A stretch of DNA of 64,000 nt from Bdellovibrionales bacterium (GTDB lineage: Bacteria > Bdellovibrionota > Bdellovibrionia > Bdellovibrionales > JAGQZY01). Position 1 is the stretch's first letter; each line of letters opens with the position of its first letter. Shown in pieces: positions 55,261 to 64,000 of the stretch. Both the position numbers and the translations under genes were made by a program. Where the stretch lies: assembly GCA_019750295.1 (NCBI GenBank), contig JAIEOS010000048.1:68467-132466 (forward strand), in the 5' to 3' direction. Under the pieces are notes generated by a model. The model was given only the letters and a program-made list of their open reading frames with translations. It was not told where the DNA came from and ran no database searches.

Positions 55261-56144
55261 AAACAAAAACTTTTTCCTATATTCTTTCGTTCCTCATATT
55301 TTTGACATTTGATCTAATGGTTTTGGGAGCCGGTGTTAGGGCTATGGATGCGGGCCTGACATGTCCCGACTGGCCCTTGTGCTTCGGCCGAGTAGTTCCG
55401 ACGTATCACCTCGGCGTTTACCTCGAATTCATTCACAGAGCGATTGCTGGGCTGGTGGCACTGATATTTATTTTTTGTTTTATCATCGCCCACATCAAGT
55501 CGGAATATAAACATTTACGTTTTACATTCTGGATCTCGGCGATGCTTTTGTTCTCTCAGATCATCATGGGCGGGCTCACGGTCCTTAAACTTTTGCAGCC
55601 GGGGATTGTGACGCTCCATCTATCTTTAGCGGGTGTATTTTTGGCTTCTCTCGTGATTCTTAAAAGTAAACTCACAGAGGATTCGGCTTCAGAGTCTGTG
55701 GTTCCTTTAAGTTATAAAATCTTTTCGACAGTGGCCTTAGTTTCGGTCTCCCTTCAAATCATTCTTGGAGGAAAAGTGGCGACCACTTACTCTGGATCCG
55801 TGTGTCTGGATTTTCCGACCTGTATGGGCCAATGGTTTCCAACATTCTATGGCCCTATTGGACTCCAAGTCATGCATCGTCTCGGAGCCTACGCGGTCTC
55901 TTTAATTGTTTTGATTCTTTTCGTGTGGACGCTGAAGTTACTCGCTCAAGAAAAGTTAGATCGTGTATTTAAGATTCTATCTTCGCGGGCAATTCTTTTT
56001 GTGCTGTCGCAAGTGGCCATTGGCGTGATGAATCTTAAGATGCAGATACCACCATGGCTGACGGTCATTCATCTAGCGATGGCGCTGATGATTTTTCTGA
56101 CCCTTCTGCGAATGAATATTCGCGCCTGGTCGGCGAATCATTGA
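55257..56144 (+). CDS. ctaA: heme A synthase (COX15/CtaA family)
   Basis: The start is ATG 55257, in an ATGA overlap with ctaB. The motifs are GAGVRAMDAGLTCPDWPLCFG and conserved His-containing helices (FIHRAIAG, VMHRLGAY). Confidence 0.85.
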   Translation: MKTKTFSYILSFLIFLTFDLMVLGAGVRAMDAGLTCPDWPLCFGRVVPTYHLGVYLEFIHRAIAGLVALIFIFCFIIAHIKSEYKHLRFTFWISAMLLFSQIIMGGLTVLKLLQPGIVTLHLSLAGVFLASLVILKSKLTEDSASESVVPLSYKIFSTVALVSVSLQIILGGKVATTYSGSVCLDFPTCMGQWFPTFYGPIGLQVMHRLGAYAVSLIVLILFVWTLKLLAQEKLDRVFKILSSRAILFVLSQVAIGVMNLKMQIPPWLTVIHLAMALMIFLTLLRMNIRAWSANH

Positions 56145-56148
56145 CTCC

Positions 56149-56790
56149 CTAAGCTTCGAAATCGGGCTGTTGGGCCGGACTTGCTTTGAAAAATGCGTCC
56201 TGCTTGAGGCAATGATCATAAATTTTTTGGCTCAGCGGGAACGGTCGAGTGTCCACCTTAAAACGTTCAGCTCCAAAAAACTGAGGCACGAGAAAGCAAT
56301 CGGCCATCGTCACCTGATCCCCGAAGCAGTAAGTCCCAGAGTATTTTTTGAGAATCGCTTCGAAAGACTCTAATCCCTTGCTGATCCAATGATTCAGCCA
56401 CTGGGCTTTTTGATCTGGAGATGCTTTCAACTCGCGATCGAGATATTGCGTCACGGCCAGGCCTTGAAGAGGTTGAATCCCACTGTTGATGATCTCGTAC
56501 ATTTGGCGAATGATGGCCCGCTCTTCCAGGTCCTTGGGGAGAAGGGGTGTTTGTGGAAACTTTTCTTCGAGATATTCGATAATAGCGACAGACTGACTGA
56601 GTGTGAGCGAGTCGAGCTCCAGCGATGGGACTTGCGCCATCGGGTTTACTTTTTTAAATCCATCGCTGTTTTGTTCTCCCCCGTTCTTTAAGAGGTGAAC
56701 GGGAATCATCGTGTACGGCAGCTTTTTGAGGTTGAGAGCGATACGGACGCGGTAGGCGCAGGAACTTCGAAAATAGGTGTATAACTTCAT
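56149..56790 (-). CDS. maiA: maleylacetoacetate isomerase (zeta-class GST)
   Basis: 213 aa. The N-terminus MKLYTYFRSSCAYRVRIALNLKKL...VNPMAQVPSLE is typical of zeta GSTs (SSC motif). Confidence 0.85.
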   Translation of the reverse strand: MKLYTYFRSSCAYRVRIALNLKKLPYTMIPVHLLKNGGEQNSDGFKKVNPMAQVPSLELDSLTLSQSVAIIEYLEEKFPQTPLLPKDLEERAIIRQMYEIINSGIQPLQGLAVTQYLDRELKASPDQKAQWLNHWISKGLESFEAILKKYSGTYCFGDQVTMADCFLVPQFFGAERFKVDTRPFPLSQKIYDHCLKQDAFFKASPAQQPDFEA

Positions 56791-56926
56791 AGAGAGGAAG
56801 TATTACATAATTGGCAGTGTCGATCATTTGTTTTTAGGAGCGGACTTTTGGCGCTGCAACATGGGGGATATGCGTCTGGAATAGTAAGCCTCAACACACT
56901 ATTATGGCGCCAATAACGGAGGATTT

Positions 56927-57913
56927 ATGAAATTAGGGACTCTTAGACTTCAAGGCTGGAATGATGGGGAACTGGTCGTGGTGAGTCGCGATAATAAAAC
57001 CTATGTGAGTGCGAAAGCCGTCGCTCCGACTTTGCAAAAAGCTTTAGAGAATTGGTCCGCGCTTCAACCGCAGCTCGAACAACTTTATAAAGATCTCAAT
57101 AACGGTCAGGCCAAAGAGGCTCAGCCCGTCGACGAACATCAATTTCATTCACCGTTACCGCGGGCTTATCAATGGGCTGATGGCTCCGCTTTTCTCCACC
57201 ACGTCAAATTGGTTCGACAGGCTCGCAACGCTCCTATGCCCGAGAGCTTTTACGAAGTCCCTCTCATTTATCAAGGCGGCAGCGACAGTTTTCTCGCGCC
57301 AAGAGAAGATATTCCTCAAATTGATTTTTCTCACGGAACAGATTTCGAAGGCGAAGTTGGCGTCATTACCGATTTCATTCCGATGGGTTCCACACCCGAG
57401 CAAGCTTTAGAGAAGGTCCGTTTGATTGTAATTATCAATGATGTTTCTCTCCGTGGACTTATTCCCGAAGAGATCGCTGCGGGTTTTGGATTCTTTCAGG
57501 GTAAGCCGTCGTCAGCCTTTGCTCCTTTTGCCGTCACTCCTGACGAGTTGGGGACAGCATGGAAGGACGGCCGAGTTCATTTACCACTCCATGTGGAGTA
57601 CAACGACAAGTTTTTCGGAAAAGCCAATGGCGGCGCCATGCACTTTAGTTTTGGACAACTTCTGGCGCACGCGGCGAGAACGCGTCATCTCATGCCTGGG
57701 ACTTTGATCGGAAGTGGAACGGTTTCTAATGATGATCCTCAGGCGGGTTCAAGTTGCATCGTCGAAAAACGCATGATCGAAAAAATTAACGAAGGGGCTT
57801 TTAAGACACCATTTATGAAAGTCGGTGATTCGATCAAGATCGAAATGCTTAATGATAAAGGCGAGAATATTTTTGGGACCATTTATCAGAAGGTGATTCA
57901 ATACAACCGGTAA
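56927..57913 (+). CDS. fumarylacetoacetate hydrolase family protein
   Basis: 328 aa. It has FAH-fold blocks (DFEGEVGVI, the GxxxxTGTP-like GTLIGSGTVSN). It is divergent from maiA. GGAGG lies upstream of the ATG. Confidence 0.82.
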   Translation: MKLGTLRLQGWNDGELVVVSRDNKTYVSAKAVAPTLQKALENWSALQPQLEQLYKDLNNGQAKEAQPVDEHQFHSPLPRAYQWADGSAFLHHVKLVRQARNAPMPESFYEVPLIYQGGSDSFLAPREDIPQIDFSHGTDFEGEVGVITDFIPMGSTPEQALEKVRLIVIINDVSLRGLIPEEIAAGFGFFQGKPSSAFAPFAVTPDELGTAWKDGRVHLPLHVEYNDKFFGKANGGAMHFSFGQLLAHAARTRHLMPGTLIGSGTVSNDDPQAGSSCIVEKRMIEKINEGAFKTPFMKVGDSIKIEMLNDKGENIFGTIYQKVIQYNR

Positions 57914-57930
57914 AATTTTATCAGTTCCCT

Positions 57931-58794
57931 GTGGATGCGGGGAACCTTTCACAACCGATCGTTAACGAACTTGAAAGACTCAAATCCTTTTTTAGAAAGC
58001 CACCGGCGGAGCTGCTTTCGGAGACAAAGGTCTATCTTAAAGATATATATGTTCAGAATCTCTCATTTCGGTCCAAGGGAAGATCTCAAACAACTCTACT
58101 GATTCCCACGACGCTTGTGGTGCCTGAGGTTTTTGTTTTAAAGCCAGAACATATCGCTTTTGAGGATCAGGACATTGTGGTCTTTGACAAGCCCGCGGGC
58201 TTATCCACACAACCAACACTTAAAAGCTTCGAGGACCATCTCTACGGGGCCGCGATTGCTCATTATACACTTCTTAAGCCTCAAAAATTGGCCTATGTGG
58301 GCTTACATCATCGATTGGATCGCGACACCGCAGGATTAGTTCTCATGACGAAAAAATCCTCGGCCAATAAATCCATTGCCGACCAGTTTAAGGATCGAAA
58401 GATTCGGAAGACGTATTTAGCCATCGCCGAAGGTCAAAAGCCCGAGCGAGAGATGTGGTCCGTTGATGGACCCATTGCTCGTATCAATGCTCCACGCGGG
58501 TTATTCAAATTTGGGATTGATTTTAAGAAGGGCGACAAGGCTTTAACTCACTTTAAATATTTAAAATCTTTCGCTCCTGATCGTCATCTGATCGAATGTT
58601 CGCCGGTGACGGGAAGGACTCATCAAATTCGAATTCATCTCAGCCACTCAAAGCTTCCCATTTTAGGAGATCATGTTTACGGAAAGAAGGCCGTAGTGCG
58701 ATTGCAGCTTTTGGCCTCTCAGTTAGAGTTTATCCATCCCAGGACGGGGCAAACCATGACGGTCTCCTCGAAGCAGAATTTACAAGGAGTTTAA
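57931..58794 (+). CDS. RluA-family pseudouridine synthase
   Basis: 287 aa with a GTG start. The motifs are VVFDKPAGLSTQP, the catalytic HRLDRDTAGLVLMTK, and TGRTHQIRIHL. Confidence 0.87.
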   Translation: MDAGNLSQPIVNELERLKSFFRKPPAELLSETKVYLKDIYVQNLSFRSKGRSQTTLLIPTTLVVPEVFVLKPEHIAFEDQDIVVFDKPAGLSTQPTLKSFEDHLYGAAIAHYTLLKPQKLAYVGLHHRLDRDTAGLVLMTKKSSANKSIADQFKDRKIRKTYLAIAEGQKPEREMWSVDGPIARINAPRGLFKFGIDFKKGDKALTHFKYLKSFAPDRHLIECSPVTGRTHQIRIHLSHSKLPILGDHVYGKKAVVRLQLLASQLEFIHPRTGQTMTVSSKQNLQGV

Positions 58795-58795
58795 A

Positions 58796-59128
58796 ATGTC
58801 GCTCGCATTGTCACTTTTATTTTTGTCGAATATTTTTATGACTTTTGCTTGGTACGGACATCTCAAACATCTTAAAGAGTCTCCGCTGTTTATCGTTATC
58901 CTGGTGAGTTGGGGAATTGCATTTTTTGAGTATAGTTTGCAAGTTCCCGCGAATCGGATCGGTTCACAGTATTACACGCTCCCACAGCTTAAAATTCTAC
59001 AAGAAGTGATCACGATGATTGTTTTTGCAGGATTCACTTATTTTTATATGAAGATGCCACTCAAGCTAGATTACTTATGGGCCAGTCTCTGTTTGGTCGG
59101 TGCAGTTTATTTTATCTTTAGAAACTAA
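58796..59128 (+). CDS. DMT-superfamily small membrane protein (DUF486-like)
   Basis: 110 aa with four TM segments (FMTFAWYGHLK...FEYSLQVPANRIG). AGGAG lies upstream of the ATG. Confidence 0.8.
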   Translation: MSLALSLLFLSNIFMTFAWYGHLKHLKESPLFIVILVSWGIAFFEYSLQVPANRIGSQYYTLPQLKILQEVITMIVFAGFTYFYMKMPLKLDYLWASLCLVGAVYFIFRN

Positions 59129-59155
59129 AAAGCCGACGCGAGGTCGGCTTTTTTT
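59127..59155. terminator. bidirectional rho-independent terminator between convergent genes
   Basis: AAAAAGCCGAC-GCGAG-GTCGGCTTTTTTT. Confidence 0.8.
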
Positions 59156-59178
59156 GTCGAAGTTCAATTTAGAGAGGG

Positions 59179-61839
59179 TTACTCCCCATGGCCCTCAAAG
59201 CCGCCTTCGGTGCTGACGTTGATAAGATAAAGGATAGAATCGAGTTCTTCCTCCATAGGCGTTCCTAGGCGATCCCAGGCTTTTTCGCTATCGGCAAGGC
59301 CGCTGATACCGAAGGAGGTTTCATCCAGCCACATGGTATCGAAGTCCAGAGGTTCACCCTTAAGAATACGTGCGGGGTTGTACCAATTTTGTGGCTTAAT
59401 ACGGAAAATAAACATCCAACGCTTGAGACCATCCGGAGGACACTGCACGGTGATCCCGCAAGATGTAAATCCGTCGGAAGCACTCATATCGTAGCTGCTC
59501 GCAACGAAGGGAGAGTAAGCCTGATCTTTGATCGTTCCGTTTTTGTCGTTATAACCCGAAGAGTACCAATCGGTGTGACGATCGACCGCATCGCGGAGAC
59601 GCTCGTAGGCCATTTGTAAATCTGCATTGGCCGTTCCCATTCCGGTGTATTCATTCATTCCAATATCAGATCGGTTCCAAGCCCCTGGAATACTTAACCA
59701 CTTTTGATCAAATGCAAAGAGATCGTCGAGAGATTTATTATCAAAACTAAAGCTGAATGGTGCGAGATCTGGAGAAGTATGGGGATAAATCGCCACCATA
59801 GATCCTTGCGAAGAGAACGTATCGCGATATTGATCGTCACGGAAAAGCCATGCGGAAAGACCCGCACGAGCCGCGTTGTAACGATAATAGAAAGGTCGTT
59901 TAAAATAGTTTTCGCAGTCTTCGTTGGTGTAAGTCGTAACCCCGTTTTTTACGGTCGTCGATGTACGGCAAGCTTTACCAATGGTTGTTGCGTACCAAAT
60001 CATTCCGTTGGACTCGGGGGAGTAGTGTTTAAAATTAGAGTCCCCACGGAAGTCATAATAGTCCTCGGTATCTGCCTGGGAGCATTTCGCAGAGTAAGAC
60101 GCTAACCCTTTAACATACGAGTCGTAGTCGCTGAACTCTTTGTTCTTCCCGATGTATTCAGAAAATATGTATTTCGTTTCACAAACGGTAAATCCAGGGA
60201 CCGGATTGTCGATTTCGTTATATTCACCAATCGTGATGTAGCGAGGTTGGGCTTCGCGTTTCGCTTCCCAAATCGCACTACTTATTCTGGTATACGGATA
60301 GTAGGCCGATGCGGGTATCTGAGACCAAACATTTTTCGTCGGATCAATTGTAAATGCTTCGGAATTGCCCTTTAAAATAAAAAGATTTTTAACCCAATTT
60401 AGTTTGGCCTCGATCATCGTCGCGCGATCTCGGAACTCTCCGCACAGTTGAGTGAGGAAAAGGTGGGCTTCTGGAACCGTACCTTTCGGAGCTTGATCTG
60501 AGACTGAGGACTTCGTGAGTTCATAAAGTCTTCGGATATCTCCGTAGAAGTAAAAATGCTCGGCATCGACTTTGTCAGGACTTTGCTTCACCATCACGTT
60601 GAGATTGGTGTAGCTATCGAGAACGCTCGCCGACGCCACGTAGTTTTCTGCTACGGCCTTAAGAGAGGCCGGTAAATTAAGCTCTTCTTGAAAGTAGTAA
60701 GAAGCACCGGTGAGACTATAGAGAAGTTCGTCGTTAATTTCTCCATCGATCTCTTGGCTTACCTTATAAGCTTCGGCCATCGTCGTGAGAATCTCCTGAG
60801 TCTGAGATTTGGTCATCTCAAGTTTGATTTCTTCGATCAGCGTTTGAGTTACGGCGTTCACTTGGGGGATGATGAACTGAAAGCTGTAGTTAAGAGAACC
60901 GGCGTAATCGATGATGTCGCTTTTGTTTTGCTGAGTGATGGCTTCAGCAATTAAATCTAAAGAGCTTTTCGTGTCTTCGTTTCTATACTTGTCGAGTTCT
61001 GCTTTTAGCACTTGCAGAAACATTTTCGCCTGGGGATCGAGTTTGGCTTCGAGGTTCGTTCCGGCGCTGACAAAGTCAGCGAGAGTGTACCGGATTTGAT
61101 CGAGTTTATCGGCGTCTGAGGCACTCATGGCGACAACTTTGAGGACCTCTTTGATGCTCTCGATTAAAGTTAAGTAGCTGGAGTTGGCGGACTCGGATTT
61201 AAGAATACCTATGGCTTGTTGTAACTTGGGACTGATGACTCCATTGGTTTCTGAGACATAGATTTCAACAAAGTAAACGATGTCGGAAACTGCATTAGTG
61301 ATGAGCCATTCATTTTCGGTCCCTACATTTTGATCGAAATTGGCGAGCACGCTTTGAGCCTGATTGAGAGCATCTTTAAGACTGACTTCGGTGGTGTTCG
61401 ACGATTCACTGACCACGATTTCGGCTTGCAGTCTGATCAGATTATAATTTGGAGGGACGAGCAATTTAATGAGAATGGGTCCGAGTCCTTCAGCGGCGAG
61501 GCGAATTTTAGAAATCTCGGGAGCTTTGAGTTGAGCTCTTAGAAGTGGATCCAGATTTTTCAACGACTGAATGAGCTTGGGGAGATCTATACCCTTGAGG
61601 GTTTTAGGGAGTTCCGTATTAAGAACAGCGATAGATTTTATAAGATCGGCAAGAGCAACGGCTTTGATCTGTTGGGTGAGTGTGAGAGTTCCCGCGGTAA
61701 AACCTTCCGTCGTGGACTTCGTCACTTCGGCGAGGAGTTGTTTTCCGAGATTTGAGATTTGCTGGTTTTTAGACTGAGAAAGTGTGGTGGCGATTTCTTT
61801 AGATTGAAGAAGATGATCTTCCATTTGCGCAAGACCCAA
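59179..61839 (-). CDS. large hypothetical protein (886 codons as tracked), lacking its own signal peptide and SD; probably the distal part of an interrupted gene
   Basis: The tracked start is TTG 61839 with no SD. The frame stays open upstream to the TAA at 61912..61914. The N-terminal half is helical, and the C-terminal half is rich in Trp, Tyr and Cys. No family recognised. Confidence 0.7.
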   Translation of the reverse strand: MGLAQMEDHLLQSKEIATTLSQSKNQQISNLGKQLLAEVTKSTTEGFTAGTLTLTQQIKAVALADLIKSIAVLNTELPKTLKGIDLPKLIQSLKNLDPLLRAQLKAPEISKIRLAAEGLGPILIKLLVPPNYNLIRLQAEIVVSESSNTTEVSLKDALNQAQSVLANFDQNVGTENEWLITNAVSDIVYFVEIYVSETNGVISPKLQQAIGILKSESANSSYLTLIESIKEVLKVVAMSASDADKLDQIRYTLADFVSAGTNLEAKLDPQAKMFLQVLKAELDKYRNEDTKSSLDLIAEAITQQNKSDIIDYAGSLNYSFQFIIPQVNAVTQTLIEEIKLEMTKSQTQEILTTMAEAYKVSQEIDGEINDELLYSLTGASYYFQEELNLPASLKAVAENYVASASVLDSYTNLNVMVKQSPDKVDAEHFYFYGDIRRLYELTKSSVSDQAPKGTVPEAHLFLTQLCGEFRDRATMIEAKLNWVKNLFILKGNSEAFTIDPTKNVWSQIPASAYYPYTRISSAIWEAKREAQPRYITIGEYNEIDNPVPGFTVCETKYIFSEYIGKNKEFSDYDSYVKGLASYSAKCSQADTEDYYDFRGDSNFKHYSPESNGMIWYATTIGKACRTSTTVKNGVTTYTNEDCENYFKRPFYYRYNAARAGLSAWLFRDDQYRDTFSSQGSMVAIYPHTSPDLAPFSFSFDNKSLDDLFAFDQKWLSIPGAWNRSDIGMNEYTGMGTANADLQMAYERLRDAVDRHTDWYSSGYNDKNGTIKDQAYSPFVASSYDMSASDGFTSCGITVQCPPDGLKRWMFIFRIKPQNWYNPARILKGEPLDFDTMWLDETSFGISGLADSEKAWDRLGTPMEEELDSILYLINVSTEGGFEGHGE

Positions 61840-61911
61840 CTTTTTAAGAGCCAGATTTGCTTGAACTTTGGTTTCACTAATACGAGCGGCGGCGATCTTA
61901 ACAAGTTCATC

Positions 61912-62109
61912 TTAATAGTTAGGCTGAGGCACTTCAGCGGTGTCCGGATTTCCGATGCAATAACGATTAAAAATTTCGTTATTATTTTTCGGCTTACCTC
62001 CTGCGGGCTGATAAGGCTGGGACTTCAGCGCATCAATGGTCGTTTGAAGATCAGCTTGTGCTGAGGCCATCGAAAGCAAAGTGGCGAAGAGAATGATAGA
62101 CTTGATCAT
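61912..62109 (-). CDS. 65-aa signal-peptide-bearing ORF, in the same frame as the 886-codon ORF downstream
   Basis: AAGGAG lies 5 nt upstream of the ATG. The signal peptide is MIKSIILFATLLSMASAQA. The ORF ends at TAA 61912..61914. Confidence 0.6.
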   Translation of the reverse strand: MIKSIILFATLLSMASAQADLQTTIDALKSQPYQPAGGKPKNNNEIFNRYCIGNPDTAEVPQPNY

Positions 62110-62380
62110 AAAGCTCCTTTTATTAAGATGGTTGCTTTATAAGACAAGTTCTCTCGTGATGAATGGCTTTCGAGGGTTTGTGTAAAAATGATAAAGAGTA
62201 AAACTCGCTTTCCGGAGGACGGACTGCGTCTCAATTTTCCGTCAAAAAATTTCTTCAGGGCTCTTTGATCCTGTTTGTATAAATTTTTTATGTTTAAGTG
62301 AAAACATCGTCGTGGTCGGCATCGACACCGTTAGAAAATTCATGAATATCACGAAAGTGGTTGTTGATATTTTGATTTGA

Positions 62381-62409
62381 ATGTGTGAAAGATAAGAAAC
62401 TTTACACAT
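62381..62409. promoter_or_regulatory. candidate TetR operator (inverted repeat)
   Basis: ATGTGTGAAAG-N8-CTTTACACAT lies 30 nt upstream of the tetR-family ATG. One position is unmatched. Confidence 0.3.
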
Positions 62410-62438
62410 AGTACGTTTGTACTTATTTCGGATTAAGT

Positions 62439-63023
62439 ATGGGTAATACCGAGTTAACAAAAGCAAGTGTCGTAACGGCCGCCTACAGATTGGCGTGTCA
62501 GGTAGGGCTACTACAGATCTCGGTGAGGACGGTCGCCTCTGAGGCAGGCTTTTCTAAAACTGGAACTATCACTCATTTTAAAAATCTTGAGACGTTAAAG
62601 TTGGCCGTTCTCGATCATGCGGCATTGATTTTCTCGCAAGAAGTGTTTACCCCCGCTTTGAGTACGACTCGAGGTCTACCGCGTTTAAGAGAAATTGTGA
62701 GACGTTGGGTCACTCATAATTCCGAAAAAGAGACCTGTCTTTTTATCAGCGCTTCATTCGAAGTCGATAGCCGACCGGGTCCCATCCGCGAACACATCGA
62801 GCGATGGATGACGGAATTGCGAAAGCAGATCTGTAAAGCCATCGAGATGGCGGTCGAAGAGGGGCACTTGTCACAAAACACTCCTCCTGACGAGCTGGCT
62901 TTTGCGATCTTCTCCTTGGCGACCGGAGCTCACCACGACGCGCACATGTTACAGAGCAAACAAAGCTCTCAATTTGCGCTCAACCTTTTTGAATCCCTAA
63001 TTAAGATTTACCAAATTCAATAG
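62439..63023 (+). CDS. TetR/AcrR family transcriptional regulator
   Basis: 194 aa. The N-terminal HTH is VRTVASEAGFSKTGTITHFKNLETLKLAVLD. Confidence 0.8.
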   Translation: MGNTELTKASVVTAAYRLACQVGLLQISVRTVASEAGFSKTGTITHFKNLETLKLAVLDHAALIFSQEVFTPALSTTRGLPRLREIVRRWVTHNSEKETCLFISASFEVDSRPGPIREHIERWMTELRKQICKAIEMAVEEGHLSQNTPPDELAFAIFSLATGAHHDAHMLQSKQSSQFALNLFESLIKIYQIQ

Positions 63024-63040
63024 CTATTCCCGAGGTGTTT

Positions 63041-63618
63041 ATGAAGTTCATTTTCTTTACATTTATTATTTTTTCTTTCAATGCATTCTCTGCAGAGAAA
63101 ACGAAAACTTCGAATTCTGCGACGAAAAGTTCAGTGACGACAACCCCTGCCTCTTCCGAAGAGATGAGCCACGCTTCCAACGCCATGTACTTACATGTGA
63201 TTCCTTACCATTCGGACGTTGGATTGGGCGCTATGTTCGAGCACATGACGTCCGAGAATGTTGGGGGGTCGGTGGAGGGCTGATGTATCTTCCAAAGGAG
63301 AGATCCGAAGGTGTGCCCGGTCTCACGAGTTTTATCTTTAATGTTCGTGGACACATTACGTATCAAAGAGTCGACTTTCACATAGCACCGGGCCTGTCTG
63401 TTCAAATGCACGACGGAACTGTGGGGGCCGCTGACACTAAAACACGAACCACTCTTGGCTCCAGCGTGGCCCTCGGAGGTTCGTTTCGTCTCGATAAAAA
63501 TGCAAGTTTCGGTGTCGAGCACTCATGGAACTATGCTTGGTTTGATAAAAAGGCCCAATTGAATTCTCGACTTTTTAACGGGAACAACTCTTCTCTTTTT
63601 CTTCGGCTCATGTTTTGA
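63041..63618 (+). pseudogene. small outer-membrane beta-barrel protein, split into two ORFs at a G6 tract (frameshift, phase variation or sequencing error)
   Basis: ORF1 (63041..63283) carries signal peptide MKFIFFTFIIFSFNAFSA. ORF2 (63283..63618) ends in the OMP-type C-terminus SLFLRLMF. Adding one G to the G6 run at 63263..63268 joins the two frames. Confidence 0.5.
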
Positions 63619-63622
63619 AACT

Positions 63623-63647
63623 AAGCTCGTCTTTTAAAGACGAGCTT
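63623..63647. terminator. hairpin between convergent genes (possible terminator)
   Basis: AAGCTCGTCTTT-T-AAAGACGAGCTT, a 12-bp palindromic stem. There is no clear U-tract on either strand. Confidence 0.4.
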
Positions 63648-63680
63648 GGGTATTAGATTATTTTGAGAGATTTACTTTTA

Positions 63681-64000
63681 TTAAGGCAGATCAAAAAAAA
63701 TAAACTCAGACTGAGCGGCCCAATTCAGCGCAAGAATGTTTTCTTTTGTAATTGCGGCTCCGTCGCCAGGACCTAATTGTTTGTCATTAATCTTCACACT
63801 CCCGTTTACAACCTGAACCCAGGCGTTCCGTCCTGATTGGAGTTCATAGGTTTTTTGACCGGCGGTCGGAGACTTCACAACATACATATCCACATCCTGG
63901 TTGAGGCTAATGGAGCCGTCCCGACCTGTGCGAGAGGCGGTGAGAACAAAATCACCGAGACTTAAACGGTCCGCAAAAGATGTTTGTCCGTACTTGGGCT
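63681..64000 (-). CDS. pirin-like protein (quercetin 2,3-dioxygenase family), C-terminal part; gene continues past the right edge
   Basis: My own translation shows the frame is open from position 64000 (PKYGQTSFADRLSLGDFVLTASRTGRDGSISLNQDVDMYVVK...) through the tracked 70-aa ORF. The pattern RDGSI.L.QD...Y......GR.AWVQVV.GS is typical of a pirin C-domain. Confidence 0.8.
   Translation of the reverse strand, partial: PKYGQTSFADRLSLGDFVLTASRTGRDGSISLNQDVDMYVVKSPTAGQKTYELQSGRNAWVQVVNGSVKINDKQLGPGDGAAITKENILALNWAAQSEFIFFDLP

Overview
This 64-kb chromosomal window is densely coding on both strands and consists almost entirely of housekeeping genes. The protein sequences give a Bdellovibrio-like or Oligoflexia-like impression, which I could not test. 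Recognisable genes, in order, are:
- an MsbA-like ABC exporter, uvrA and mrcA (PBP1A)
- xseA-xseB-ispA
- a patatin-like lipoprotein and pepP
- an mreB/sensor-kinase operon and glpD
- an LpoB-like lipoprotein pair and a hybrid PAS histidine kinase
- a PHB-depolymerase-family esterase with phaR
- a TPR/LolB-like lipoprotein group
- the prkA/DUF444/spoVR triad
- a RumA-type rRNA methyltransferase
- glnB-glnA, trmL and secA
- a complete caa3-type cytochrome oxidase cluster (SCO1, subunits II/I/III/IV, heme O and heme A synthases)
- maiA plus an FAH-family hydrolase, an RluA-family pseudouridine synthase, a TetR regulator and a pirin-like gene running off the right edge

I found no rRNA, tRNA, CRISPR array, transposase, integrase or recognisable defence genes, and no gene cluster I can defend as a new multi-gene system.

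The unusual content is non-coding and structural:
1. Three very long, perfectly symmetric palindromes (72, 92 and 65 bp) lie in intergenic gaps at or near gene 3' ends. They differ in sequence but share an ACYTTTT/AAAARGT design, and two of them share a core.
2. A dispersed 27-nt element (GTCATCCTGAGCGCAGCGAAGGATCTC-like) occurs at six or more loci, often starting right after a stop codon, sometimes as hairpin doublets.
3. A roughly 975-codon secreted-protein reading frame is broken by a single in-frame TAA.
4. A small outer-membrane beta-barrel gene is split at a G6 homopolymer tract.
5. A relic duplicate of the uvrA 3' end flanks a small secreted-protein gene.

All coordinates were worked out by hand from the printed sequence. 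Start codons are the least certain part.
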